Assembly: GCF_001194135.2 (NCBI RefSeq)
Contig: NC_069003.1
Span: 32,087,181-32,151,180 of the forward strand
DNA length: 64,000 bases
Direction of reading: 5' to 3'
Source: Octopus bimaculoides
Taxonomy: Eukaryota
Shown: positions 26,214-37,874 of the stretch, piece by piece
Layout: the number at the start of each line of letters is the position of its first letter
How positions within the stretch are numbered: the first letter of the stretch is position 1
The notes under the pieces: generated by a model
What the model was told of the DNA's origin: nothing
Database searches by the model: none
The model's input: the letters and a program-made list of their open reading frames with translations, nothing else
Program-made: the position numbers and the translations under genes

Positions 26214-26704
26214 ACTGTATTGGTCACTCTAGTCTTGCGGATGAAGTTCAGCAAACATTATTGGTGCTGTCCCTTCTTTCTGAAAGAAAAGAGAGAAAAT
26301 GATCATTGGAAACAAATATTATATTTCATGCTATAAATCTTTATTTCTCTTCTGCTGCCATCTTGCTTTATTCTGCGACAATCTAATGGGACAGCTACAT
26401 TTAATTAGTGTTATTACCCTATATTATGTATTTATGTATCGTGAACAACTATGTCTGTTTGGTTCACTGTTATTGATCTGTTTTCTCTCTCTCTCTCTCT
26501 CTCTGCTATAGCCCACTGTCCCCACTCATATTCATATACTGATTTTTGGGAATTTTTTTTTTTCTCTCTCAATTTTGTTATCATAATTTTGTATTTTTGC
26601 CTTTCAAGGCTGTATTTACTACACAAATGTCACTGAATTATTGGTATCAGATTGGCAGATTTGGTAGCAAGGATTTGTAGTTTTTTAAAATTTTTTTTAT
26701 CTTA

Positions 26705-26921
26705 CACCTACTTGTTTCAGCTACTGGACTGCAGCCATCCTGGGGTATTGCTTTGAAGGATTTTAATTGAACGAATTGACCCCAGTACTTATTTTGTCAT
26801 GCCTAATACTTACTCTATGGGTCTCTTGTGGCAAACTCCTGTTACAGGGATGTAAACAAACCAATGTTGGTTGTCAGGCAGTGGTGGGGGACAAACACAA
26901 AGATACACGCAGATATATACA

Positions 26922-26954
<33 letters not shown>

Positions 26955-27105
26955 GATGGGCTTTTTTCAGTTTCAGTCAACAAAATCCACTCACGAGGCT
27001 TTGGTTGGTTTGGAGCTATAATAGGTGCCCAAGGTGCTGTCAGTAGGATTGAATCCAGAACCATATGCTTGGGAAGCAAACATTTTATCACACAGCCACA
27101 CCCTT
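26705..27105 (-). mobile_element. Family A CORE-type SINE
   Basis: Tail, internal (TG)(TA) tract, CORE and head present. Confidence 0.8.
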
Positions 27106-27489
27106 GCTTATATTATGAATCTTTATCTTTGAGTTCAACACCCTGACTTGTTCCTTCAGTGCCTTTTGCAGAGTTCACTCTAAAAAGCATTTGTGGACCA
27201 GGTCTTGAGTCTGAGGATAACTTTCTTCTTTTATATCACCAGTTTCAGAACCCCTAAGAAAAAAACGGTCATGTATGCTGCTCTTCTCTCCATGATAAAG
27301 TATTAAAGAATACTGGTAGGGCCAACTGTAACTTTCATCTTATTACCAGTCAAGTATTTGAGTTGATATAATTGGCCTCACTATCCTCCCACTTCCTCAT
27401 AAGTTTCTACTCTTGTGACTCTGAGAAATTATTAGTATTACAAGGAGAAACACCACTCTCTGGATGGTTTTTCTTCTAGTCATTATAAT

Positions 27490-27730
27490 AAGTATATATG
27501 TTTATATAGTGGCATGCTGGCAGAATCTTTACTGTATTGGACAAAATACTTAGTGGCATTTCTCTGGTTCTTTACATTTTGAGTTCAAATCCTGTTGAGG
27601 CCAACTTTTCATTTCATCCTTTTGGGGTTGATAAAATGCAGTATCAGTCAGGTATTGGGGTTGATGTAATCAACAAGCCCTTCCCCCCTAACATTGCTGG
27701 CCTTGTACCAAAACTTGAGACAATTACAAT
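27490..27730 (+). mobile_element. Family B SINE
   Basis: gctggcagaatc...gagttcaaatcc...tttcatccttttggggttgataaa...ggccttgtacc. Confidence 0.78.
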
Positions 27731-27734
27731 GAGG

Positions 27735-27769
<35 letters not shown>

Positions 27770-27924
27770 AATATAAACTTGATTAATATAACATATTTAA
27801 ATGTGCAGTGGAAAAGTCTGAGGCTCAGTTTTTCATCCAGAAAATATCATTTTATAGATGTATTGCATAATTTTAAAATATATGTGTGTGTGTATTACTC
27901 ATATGTCCTTGTGAAAGAAGTACT

Positions 27925-28125
27925 TATGGTAAATTCTACTTTGCTGATGAGTTCATCATGAAATCAAAACATGTCCGAAACTCTTTGCTATAATTGATGA
28001 AATATAGTGACAATGGGTTTGTTCTTCTTTACGGCTCAATCATATCTACTTAACTGTTTAATTGTTCCCTGTATGAAGTATGTCAATACTAAATAAATGA
28101 TCTAACTATTAACCTACAAATCTGA
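27925..28125 (+). mobile_element. Penelope-like terminal-repeat remnant with decayed hammerhead motif
   Basis: tttg-CTGATGA-GTTC-atcatga-AATC-aAAAC-ATGTC-cgaa at 27940-27980; about 200 bp homologous to the reverse complement of 30455-30657. Confidence 0.5.
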
Positions 28126-28888
28126 CTTTCCGTGTATTTATTTCTATTTATGTAATGCAAGGAGTATTAAAAAAATGTGTGTGTGTGTATGTATGTATAT
28201 ATATATATCGTGTGTGTATGCATATTTATGTATGTGTACATGTGTGTGTGTATATATATCATTGTAACCATAATGATTATAATTATTTCTTATATAGGGA
28301 CAAGGCCAGAGATATCGTATGAATAGATTAATCAATTAAATTGACTTAGTACTTGACTAGTGCTATACCAATCATATTGGCATTTGAACTCAGATTGTAA
28401 AAATCCAGGACAAATATGTAGGGCATTTTGTCTGGCACTCTAATGATTCTGCCAATCTGCCATCTTGATGATGATAGCGATAATTTCTGTTGACTCTATA
28501 ACACTTTTGAATTTAAATGAATTTTGACAATTTGACACCATCATAATTTATATCAGTGAGGAATTTGATATAAGATCTTGAGCCAATATTTACTTTGTCT
28601 AATGTTGATACTTGATCATTTGTTTTATTCCCAATTCAAACATAACTTGATATGTGGCAACAATGCATTTGGATTTAACATATTGATTTGGGTGGGTGAC
28701 AAGTGGGCTGGTGGGGTAGGTTGAGTGTGTGTGTGTGTTTGAAGCTGTTTGAATTTTTCCCTAAAGCTTAACAAACAAATTTCATGAGGACATGATAGCT
28801 TGTTATTCTTGTGCTGCAAACAAACTGTGCAATACCTCTTTGTGTTAGTTATGAAGCTTCTCTAATTCTTTTATTTAGGAATTAAAAC

Positions 28889-28889
<1 letters not shown>

Positions 28890-28932
<43 letters not shown>

Positions 28933-29049
28933 ATGAGAGTATGCATGTATATATGTGTATGTGTTTGTATATATATCTGACTATGTGTGTGTTTGTCTAT
29001 ATATGTGTGTATGTATATGTGTATATATGTATATGTCTGTATGTGTGTG

Positions 29050-29107
<58 letters not shown>

Positions 29108-29213
29108 TATGTATGTATGTATGTGCATGTGTGTTTATATATATGTATATGTATATATATGTGTATGTGTATATATATGTCTGTATGTGTGTGTATGTAT
29201 ATATGTGTATATA

Positions 29214-29270
<57 letters not shown>

Positions 29271-29420
29271 ATGTATATATATGTCTGTGTGTATATATAT
29301 ATATATATGTGTGTGTGTGTATGTGTGTGTATGTGTGTATATGGATGTATATATGTGTGTCCATGTATGCATATGTATAATACACACATACATATATATA
29401 CAAGGATACACACTTGTGCA
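28890..29420. repeat. Long compound (TG)/(TA)/(TATG) microsatellite
   Basis: Direct reading; source of the spurious VYIC/HTYI ORFs. Confidence 0.95.
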
Positions 29421-29917
29421 TGTGTAAAGGATCAACAGTAAATTGCTTTTTTTTCTTTTCTTTATTCCTTTTCATTTTTTGCATTAATTAAATGAAAACA
29501 GGAAATTCCCTAAGTAAAACGTAATGTAATGTGATATATTTGTTAATTAGTGAATCTTGCAGACATGAAATGCCTCGCATCATCTAATTTCTTTTTTATT
29601 GTTGTATACTTTGCAAAATCATTGATTTGAAGTCCATTTTACTACGTATGTTATGTTAGTATGAGCTGTATCAGTAACACAGACTCTATTTCGTTCTACA
29701 CATGATTTTAATGCTTTTTCTCTCCTCCATCTCATTGCTGACATTGAAATACTTTGTCTCAAATCTCTGAAATGTTGCCCTCTTCTAGGGTCGATAAAAT
29801 CAGTAACGGACAAAGTGAAGTACTGGTGTTGATATAATCGACTAAAAAATGCTTGGAAATAGAGCTCCAACATGGCCATACATCAGTGACTGAATGAAAC
29901 CAAAAAAAAAAAAAAAT

Positions 29918-30225
29918 TATGTATATGTGTGAGTGCATATGTGTATATGTATATATATGTATGTGCATATGTGTGTATGTATGTGCATATGTATGTGTAT
30001 ATGTACATANNNNNNNNNNATGTGTGTATGTGTATATATATATGTATGTGCATATGTGTGTATATATATATATAGATGTGCATATGTATGTATGTATGTG
30101 CATATGTGTGTATGTATGTATGTATGTATATGCTAGTATATAAATGTATGCATATGTGTGTGTGTATATATATATATAGTTGTGTATATTTATGTATATA
30201 TGTATACATGTGTGTGTGATTGTGT
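29918..30225. repeat. Compound (TG)/(TA) microsatellite with 10-N gap at 30010-30019
   Basis: Direct reading. Confidence 0.95.
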
Positions 30226-30329
30226 GTTGTAATTATCTAATTAGTTGGTTGGTTCCCCATTTCTCTTGAGTGAAATAGAAACTAAATAGCCCATCTTATA
30301 TCCTCATTTTATCCTTCCTTGTTCTCTTT

Positions 30330-30657
30330 TATGACATAATTACTTCTAAGCTTTCGACTCAGTCTGTCCATCAGTGTGACTGTCTATTTAAGTAATGAAG
30401 TTAGTGTTAGAATTGTTTAAGCACTCCTTGTATTATGCAGAAATGAATACGTAATTAAACAAATTTGTAGGCTAATAGATAAATAGTTTAGTTAGTATTG
30501 AAATACTTTCATGTAAAGAGTAATTAAACAGTTAAGTAGATATAACTATGCAGTAGGGTAGGAAAAACCCATTAGTGTTATATTTCATCAATTATATCAA
30601 ACAGTTTCAGACATGTTTTGGTCTTATTATGAACTTATCAGCAAAGTAGAATTTACC
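30330..30657 (-). mobile_element. Penelope-like remnant with two tandem hammerhead-like motifs
   Basis: Minus strand: CTGATaA-GTTC-ataataa-GACC-aAAAC-ATGTC (30606-30646) and CTGATG-GAC-agactga-GTC-GAAA-GCT-TA (about 30345-30373). Confidence 0.5.
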
Positions 30658-30892
30658 ATATGTATTTCTTTGACAAGTACATATGAGTAATGAGCATACA
30701 CTTCAGTAAATAAACAATAATTCAAGCAGTGAAATCAGATTTTGCTCTTGGCATGAAATTAATTTTGTGGACCTCAACCACATGGTTTAAGGTTCAGTTC
30801 AACTGTGCTGGGTCTTGGGCAATGCAGTGGGACTGAACTGCCTCCTACAATAACCTCAGGTTGATAGAAGTCTTGTGATTGAATTGGGTGTC

Positions 30893-31222
30893 ATCATCAT
30901 CATCATCATCATCGTTTAACGTCTGCTTTCCATGCTAGCATGGGTTGGACGACTTGACTGAGGACTGGTGAAACCGGATGGCAACACCAGGCTCCAATCT
31001 AAATTTGGCAGAGTTTCTACAGCTGGATGCCCTTCCTAACGCCAACCACTCAGAGAGTGTAGTAGGTGCTTTTACGTGTCACCTGCACGAAGGCCAGTCA
31101 GGCGATACTGGCAATGGCCACGCTCGAAATGGTGTCTTTTATGTGCCACCCGCACAAGCCAGTCCAGGGGCACTGGCAACGAATCTCGCTCAAAAATCCT
31201 ACGGGAGCCAGTCAGGCGGTAC
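30893..31222 (-). mobile_element. Young family C retroposon with (GAT)n tail
   Basis: (tca)n-cgtttaacgtctgctttccatgctagcatgggttggacg...ctggatgcccttcctaacgcc; CpGs retained. Confidence 0.82.
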
Positions 31223-34200
31223 TGTGTGTATGTGTCTGAAAGTGCTTGTGCCCTTCAGTTTAAATTATTTGCATTACATTTTTGCTGATGCAGAACTTTA
31301 CTAGTTTCTTTCGATTGTATTGCTTTGCTAAATATGCAATCATGCAACACAGACTTGTGTAGGAAAGTAAAAGGGTTTGTTTCTGGTAAAATATATACAC
31401 TCTATAATGAGTAGCTATTCATGAGTTTATCCTGGCCTCTTAGTAGTGAGAAAATATTTGCCCAAGATGCCATATAATAGGACTAAATCCAAGACCCTGT
31501 GTGTGTGTGTGTGTGTGTGTGCGTGTGCACAATGGGCTTGTGTACAGTTCCCATCTACTAAATTTCTCTCATAAAATGAAAAAAAAAACAACTCTTTTTT
31601 TTTAATGTTAACAATACAATCAATAAAAAAAGTCTTTTATATAAATTTATTTATTTTTCGATTTGGCACAAAAAAACATTTTCTTTTTTTCCAGAGGGAA
31701 ATAGTTGACTGAATTGACCTCAGTATAGAATTAGTTGTACTTATTTTATCTAATCTTGGAGTGGAAGAATAATGAAGTTGATGCAGATAAGTTTTTATTG
31801 AACTATGATCCAATTAAGAACAAACTAAATATTGTATTTTTACAAATCCAATGGGAATAGCCATTAAAATTTCTGATTTTGGATTCATTTGAGTAGTTCA
31901 GGCTCTATTGTTACCCCAATCACATACCAGAATACTTCACCCTTAGTTCGTACTGAATTTTCTGGCATACGCATAGACATAGAATATATTCAAACATTCA
32001 CTATCTTTCCAAAGCCTGCTGCATTTCACATGAAATTTTTGATTCTCCAAAGTCATCTTGGTGTAATAAGTTAGCATTTTTGGCTGTAAATTTTGGTCTG
32101 AAAAATTTGACTTTTACACCAGAAAATATGGTAGCTTCTTATTCAAAATTTCTGAAGCAGCGTTATTTTTAAGGGATTCCCTATCCACCACTCAGCTGAT
32201 CTGGCAGCAGGGTATGAAGACAAATTAGACAGAGGGATTAATCAGAGAGAATCAACACATATTGTAGATAAACTGTGGATCAAAACCCTGCAAGCTGAAA
32301 GTTATCTACTGATATAAGTGGCAGTGTGTTTTTTCTCTCTCTTTGCCTATCACCTTGATATGAGCAGCAAAGGCAATTAGCTTACTATGATATTTTGCTG
32401 TTGCTGGTTTTTTTTTTTGTTAAAACACTGACAGTTCTTTTAGTTTGCATAGTGAATAGAAGAAATGTACATTATAATTTTAGCTGTTCATATATAAAAT
32501 TTATGAAGTTATATATATATATATATATGTGTGTGTAATTACTTTTGCATTTTATTATTTATTAAATGATAGAGGGGAATGTCTATTTTATTCAATTAAT
32601 CCTTTTAAATATAGTTTCTCTGATAATGACTAAACTTAAAATCATAGTTTCACAGTTGCTATGTGTTTATGTCTAATAAAATATTTAAACTCTACTTTGG
32701 TACTGAGTCATTTTTTGCCAGTTAATGTCCTTTGCTGTTTTTAATGGTTTTTTTTTTTTTTAGGCACCAGCAGCTCTCTCTCTCTCTCTCACAGACGTAT
32801 GTGTGTGTGTGTGTGTATAAAATTGGGAATGTGAAGCTCCAAGTAGCGATTCAGCTTTGAATAAATAAAATATGTAGGTGTGCATGTACACAAGTGCGTG
32901 TGCGCACGCATGCACACATGCACACTCTTCCCCCCTCTCTTTCCCTTTCTCACTTTCTTTTTCTCTCTCTCTCTACATACATATCTAAATATGTATGAAT
33001 TGTAAGCTAATTTCTACAGTGGGAGGGAAGGAGCATGGTCAAAGAATACTGCCTGGTAGGAGGTATTCTGTTGCCCTCCATCACCATAAACATCCCTTTG
33101 AGGGACAAAAGGCAAAGTTGTCTCTATAGAGACTTGTACTCAGAATACAGAAAGATAAAGAAAAAATGGTGATGGCAAAGGGTAGTGGTGTTATAACTTT
33201 TTCTCCTATTCCAATATTCTGTTTACTAGAATTGATGAATGAAGTAAAACAAAATTTATTTCAAATAGGTTTTCTCTCTGTTAGATGATGTAGAGACCAG
33301 GTGGCTTAGTAGATAATTATCGACACTGTTACATCTTATGTCACTGGCAACCAGCCTTTCAATGTTTCTACTTCCATCTTGGCATTTGATTTGGTGAGTT
33401 GTGCGGGTAGAGGGTGTTAAGTATCAACTGTTTGCGGAATGTTACTTGTGATCGACTGGTGCACTAGCCAATAGAAGGTGTTTCACACCTATGTAACACC
33501 AAAGTAATATGAAGGTGATGAAGAAGAAATGTTTACACTTATCATGGGCAATCTGCAGCCCATGGAACTTTCTGAATGGCATTCCTAGCAAAAAAAAAAA
33601 AAAAAAAAAAAATTTTGTTTTTAATTGAGTGGCCCACCTGATGATGAAACTTGTCTCATGTGTCCTGTTCTTTCAAAAAAGTTGCCAATATCTGCTTAAC
33701 ATTGTTACTTGACATAGTAGAAATAACAGCCAAATCTATCTTGACTCACACTCTTCTGAGTGGCTATTAAATTCCACTTACAATGAATTAGTGAGCTTGA
33801 GGTTTATAAGTAGAAGTCACTTACTCAAAGTATCACACAGTTGGATTGAACTTGGAACCATGTAGTTTGTGCCTTCTTAACCACACAGCCATGCTTGTGT
33901 TTACATAATCAGAATGCATGAAGTTGGTGAAACCTTTCATAAACAATATTCTGTTCACATCTTGTTTCTTCATTGCTCGCCAGATTACAGAACATGGATG
34001 GGGCTCTTTGACAAATGGTTTTTGCAGTCTATAAGAACAAGATAAAAGTTCTTCACTTTTACTTGTAACTGTCTATGTCATTGTGGAAGAATGATAATAT
34101 TGTTTGTTTATTCTTAGAGACATGGTGTTCAGTTGCTGGGAATTATTCCATTTGTTTTATTACATCAATGAGAGGGGAAAAAAAAAAGACTCAAGATATA

Positions 34201-34534
34201 ACTGGATTCTTTCTCTTGTTATTTATGTATTGGTAATGAAATATAGTTGCAAAAAGACATTTTTGGAAGAAAAAAAAATATTGAAATGTGTTTTACTGCC
34301 TACCTTATATTTCATAGCTTGCAGCAAATTACTGCTGGTTACTTTTCATATGTTACACCATTTTGATTTTCAAGATTAAACTGTACGACTTCTGCTTAAA
34401 GGGGATAAATATATCGTTTGTTCTGTTGTCTGTGAGTAGAGAGAAGAAACTATTTGATTAAAATGTACTGTTTGTTTACATTTTCTAATCTCTTTCTCTC
34501 TCAGTATGTATGTATGTGTGTGTATATATATATT

Positions 34535-34897
34535 CTTTTATTTGTTTCAGTCATTTGACTGTGGCCATGCTGGAGCACTGCCTTTAGTCGAGCAAATCGA
34601 CCCCAAGACTTATTCTTTGTAAGTCTAGTACCAATGTTGGTGTGTTTATGCCTCCATAACTTAGTGGTTCAGTAAAAGAGACTGATAAATTAAGCACTAG
34701 GCTTACAAAGAATAAGTCCTGGGGTTGATTTGTTCAACTAAATGTGGTGGTCCAGCATGGTTGACATTAGGAAGGGCATCCAGCTGTAGAAACTCTGCCA
34801 GATCAGATTGGAGCTTGGTTCAGCCATCTGGTTCGCCAGTCCTCAGTCAAATCGTCCAACTCATGCTAGCATGGAAAGCGGACGTTAAACAATGATG
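34535..34897. mobile_element. Composite: family A tail (-), family A 3' half (+), then family C 3' end (+)
   Basis: 34560-34630 and 34690-34762 are reverse-complement versions of the same SINE 3' segment; aggaagggcatccagc...gttaaacaatgatgat follows. Confidence 0.8.
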
Positions 34898-34944
34898 ATA
34901 TATACACATATATATATATATATATATATATATGATCATAAGTT

Positions 34945-35320
34945 TAATGTACATGCACTTTTCCATGTTTGTATGGTTCAGATGGAGCTTGAATGAGATT
35001 TTCTACAGATGGATGCTCTTCCTGTCACCAACCATCACCTTTCTCCAAGCAGGGCAATATTTCCCCATGGCCAGAATAATGGAAATGAACGACACTCTTG
35101 TATGACAGTGAAAATCATTCAACAACTATCATGTGACATCAAAACTAGGAGATACAATCACACACACACACATATGCATTTCTGCCTACCAAATTCACTT
35201 ACAAGGCTTTGGTCTGCCCAAGGCTATAGCAGAAGACGCCTGCCCAATGTGGCATACAGTGGGACTGAACCCTGAGCCATATGTTTGGGAAGTAAGCTTC
35301 TTACCACATAGCCACACCTA
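34945..35320 (-). mobile_element. CORE-type SINE with alternative family C-like 3' tail (A/C hybrid)
   Basis: Head and CORE, (CA)n, then a tail containing ggaagagcatcc.tgtagaaa and catggaaaa; same architecture at 46645-47005. Confidence 0.72.
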
Positions 35321-35937
35321 ATTATTAATTTTCCTTATAAGTGTAGTAGTAGTAGGAGGAGGAGGAGGAGGATTTAAGGAGACCATTTCAACCCCAAATC
35401 TCACTGGTTACAATAGTGCAAATCATTTAGTTCAAACATGAAGGAGGGTAAATAAATTTTCTGGGTTGGGTACAGACTATTAAATTGCTGTTCTTTCACT
35501 AAATTTCAATTTTCAGCTGAAAACACTGAAGTGATTCAATAACACACAAATTGTGCATATAATGTTGCATTATTTTCTTTTCTATTTTTACTTGCATAAT
35601 ATAGGTGAAAGATGCCAAATTTAGGAAGGTGGTGAACACATATAGTTCTTCCATTCTTTCTTTACTATGCAGAGTCTATATATTTAATATTTAGCCAAGC
35701 ATCAGACAATGGTACTTTATTATACTAAAGATATAAATTGATGATGGTGTAAAATAGTTTTAAAATAACATTACTAAAAAAATGAAAATAAAAAAATCCA
35801 TAATTTATGCATTAAAATGAAGAAACAATTAATTTTTGTCAGAAATAATTTGATTTTGTGAAGATTAATTCCTTTTTTATAAGAAAATAATTATTATCTG
35901 TTAAAGAATTTTATTGATTTCTTTACATTTCATGTAG

Positions 35938-35983
35938 CTGAGGAAGAAGTTCAGTTAATAGAATTGATCCTAGAATATTACTG
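35938..35983 (+). CDS. Candidate internal coding exon (xEEEVQLIELILEYY-W), gene unidentified
   Basis: Acceptor tttattgatttctttacatttcatgtAG, donor TG|gtgaaa; open purine-rich frame; its phase-2 end TG completes TGG (Trp) with the first base of exon 42324. Confidence 0.5.
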
Positions 35984-36069
35984 GTGAAATAATTTAAATA
36001 TCTGAAACTTATAACCTTGTCTTTCAAATAGATTGTTTCAAGTGATTTATTTTACAATCATCATCAGAT

Positions 36070-36462
36070 GTTCTGAGTTCAAATTCCGCCGAGGTCGACT
36101 TTGCCTTTCATCCTTTCGGGGTCGATAAATTAAGTACCAGTTACGCACTGGGGTCGATGTAATCGACTTAGTCCCTTTGTCTGTCCTTGTTTGTCCCCTC
36201 TATGTTTAGCTCCTTGTGGGCAATAAAGAAATAAGAAACCGAAAGCCCATCGTGTGTGTGTGTGTTTGTCCCACTCCCCACCACTGCTTGACAATTAGTA
36301 TTAGTTTATTTACATCCATGTAACTTAACAGTTTGGCAAAAAGAGGCCGAAAGAATAAGTACCAGGCTTAAGAAAAAGTACTGGAGTCAATTTGTTTGAC
36401 CAAACCCTCAAAGGTGGCGCTCTAGCGTGACAACAATTCAATGACTAAAACAGCTAAAAGAT
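36070..36462 (+). mobile_element. Young 5'-truncated family B-core SINE with a different tail, joined to a family A 3' half
   Basis: gagttcaaattccgccgaggtcgactttgcctttcatcctttcggggtcgataaattaagtaccag is CpG-rich; gaaaccgaaagcccatcg(tg)n... follows at 36238. Confidence 0.8.
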
Positions 36463-36899
36463 GAAGACTGTCCTGTTTCTAATGTGTAGGCAACCTATCT
36501 GTTTCAGTTTATTTTCAATATAATCAAAATTTTGCAGTGATTTAGTAAAACATAGTTGTTATTTAACCCCAATCAACTCTGACTGAGTGAAGCTATAATC
36601 AAAGGCATTCTAACTGTGAAGATCATTCTACCTTTTATTCTGACATGTATGTCTAGAACTGTGTATCATTATCTGATGTACCTTCTTTTTAAATAATGCC
36701 AACCACTTTACACTGTACTGGATATAGGTAGAAATTCCATACAGTATACTTGGTGCAAGCTATGGACACAGAGATGCAATGAGATTGCAGGAAGATGAAC
36801 AGAGAAAATAAACTTAGTTTGTGGCAGATGTGCAGGAGCAATAAACACTGAGGATACATGGGAAATAAATGTTCTCAAATGCTTAGGAAGTTCCCTAGT

Positions 36900-37060
36900 G
36901 ATACTACATAGTTTTTGTTACTTAGGTGACCTAATTAACCATGGAGGAGGATGTTCTGAAAGTATAGTTGTTGGAATAAGAACAGGATGGAGAAAGTTCA
37001 GAGAGCTATTACCTATGTTAGGATTAAAAGGTCTCCCCACACTCTCTCTCTCTCTCTGTG
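36900..37060 (+). mobile_element. RTE-type LINE reverse-transcriptase fragment
   Basis: HSFCYLGDLINHGGGCSESIVVGIRTGWRKFRELLPML. Confidence 0.8.
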
Positions 37061-37449
37061 AAAGGCATGATGCTTGTGTATGAAAAGCACTGCTACATGA
37101 TAGTGAGATGTGGGCTCTGAATGTAGAGGAGACATAAAGACTAGAAAGGAAGGAATAAAGCTGGTGCCAATCAGTGGGACTGAACCCAGAACCATGTGGT
37201 TGGGAAGCAAACTTCTTACCAGACAGCCGTGCCTGCACCTATGTACACATTTATGTTTAACATGTGATTTTGTGAAACATAGTTTAAATAATTGATTATT
37301 GATCAGAATTCTTATCTATGTTAATGCTTTAGAATGTAGCAGGTTATATAATTCAAGTCATAGCCAATAAATTCTGTCAGAAGAGTTTTCTGCTCTATCA
37401 TGAATCAAAGGAGGGAAGACTTAATATTTATTTATATATATATATATAT

Positions 37450-37569
37450 NNNNNNNNNNNNNNNNNNNNNNNNNNNNNNNNNNNNNNNNNNNNNNNNNNN
37501 NNNNNNNNNNNNNNNNNNNNNNNNNNNNNNNNNNNNNNNNNNNNNNNNNNNNNNNNNNNNNNNNNNNNN
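37450..37569. other. Assembly gap (120 N) after a (TA)n run
   Basis: Direct reading. Confidence 0.99.
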
Positions 37570-37874
37570 ACGATGGGTAAATTGTCACCATTTTATATTT
37601 TTAATTTCGCACATGCACAATGTTTTTGATTTTTTGACTACATAGTATAGTAGGGTCAGTTGGGCACAGTCTGTGAGAACAATGGCACCATGACACGATT
37701 CACTCTGCCAGAAATTTGGAAACAATACGCTGTACTGTTTAGCATTCATGCCGGAAGCTCCAATACAAACATTTCAGAGTGTTTGGGTGTCAATCTGAGG
37801 ACGTCTACTGAGAGTGAAAAAAATTAAACATTCAGTCAACATCATGGTGCTTGGAGTGATCACTAGTGATGGTA
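37570..37874 (+). mobile_element. Internally deleted Tc1/mariner-superfamily transposon (left end and transposase relics)
   Basis: ATG at 37690 gives MTRFTLPEIWKQYAVLFSIHAGSSNTNISECLGVNLRT (HTH-like), joined to KIKHSVNIMVLGVITSDG, resembling the ..SVMVLGVVSSEG motif of DD37D/maT-type transposases. Confidence 0.65.

Noticed and set aside
28875-30209. Longest ORFs in the track (up to 186 aa)
   Set aside because: Translations of (TG)/(TA) microsatellites (VYIC/HTYI repeats); the same holds for 61488-62253
32174-32317. Acceptor plus 47-codon frame or 38-nt exon (DSLSTTQLIWQQ)
   Set aside because: Phase-compatible with exon 35938 but unsupported and competing with other equally weak candidates
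33285-33393. Exon-like segment with good acceptor and TTG|gtgagt donor
   Set aside because: All three frames from the strong acceptor hit stops; it is open only from a weak internal AG
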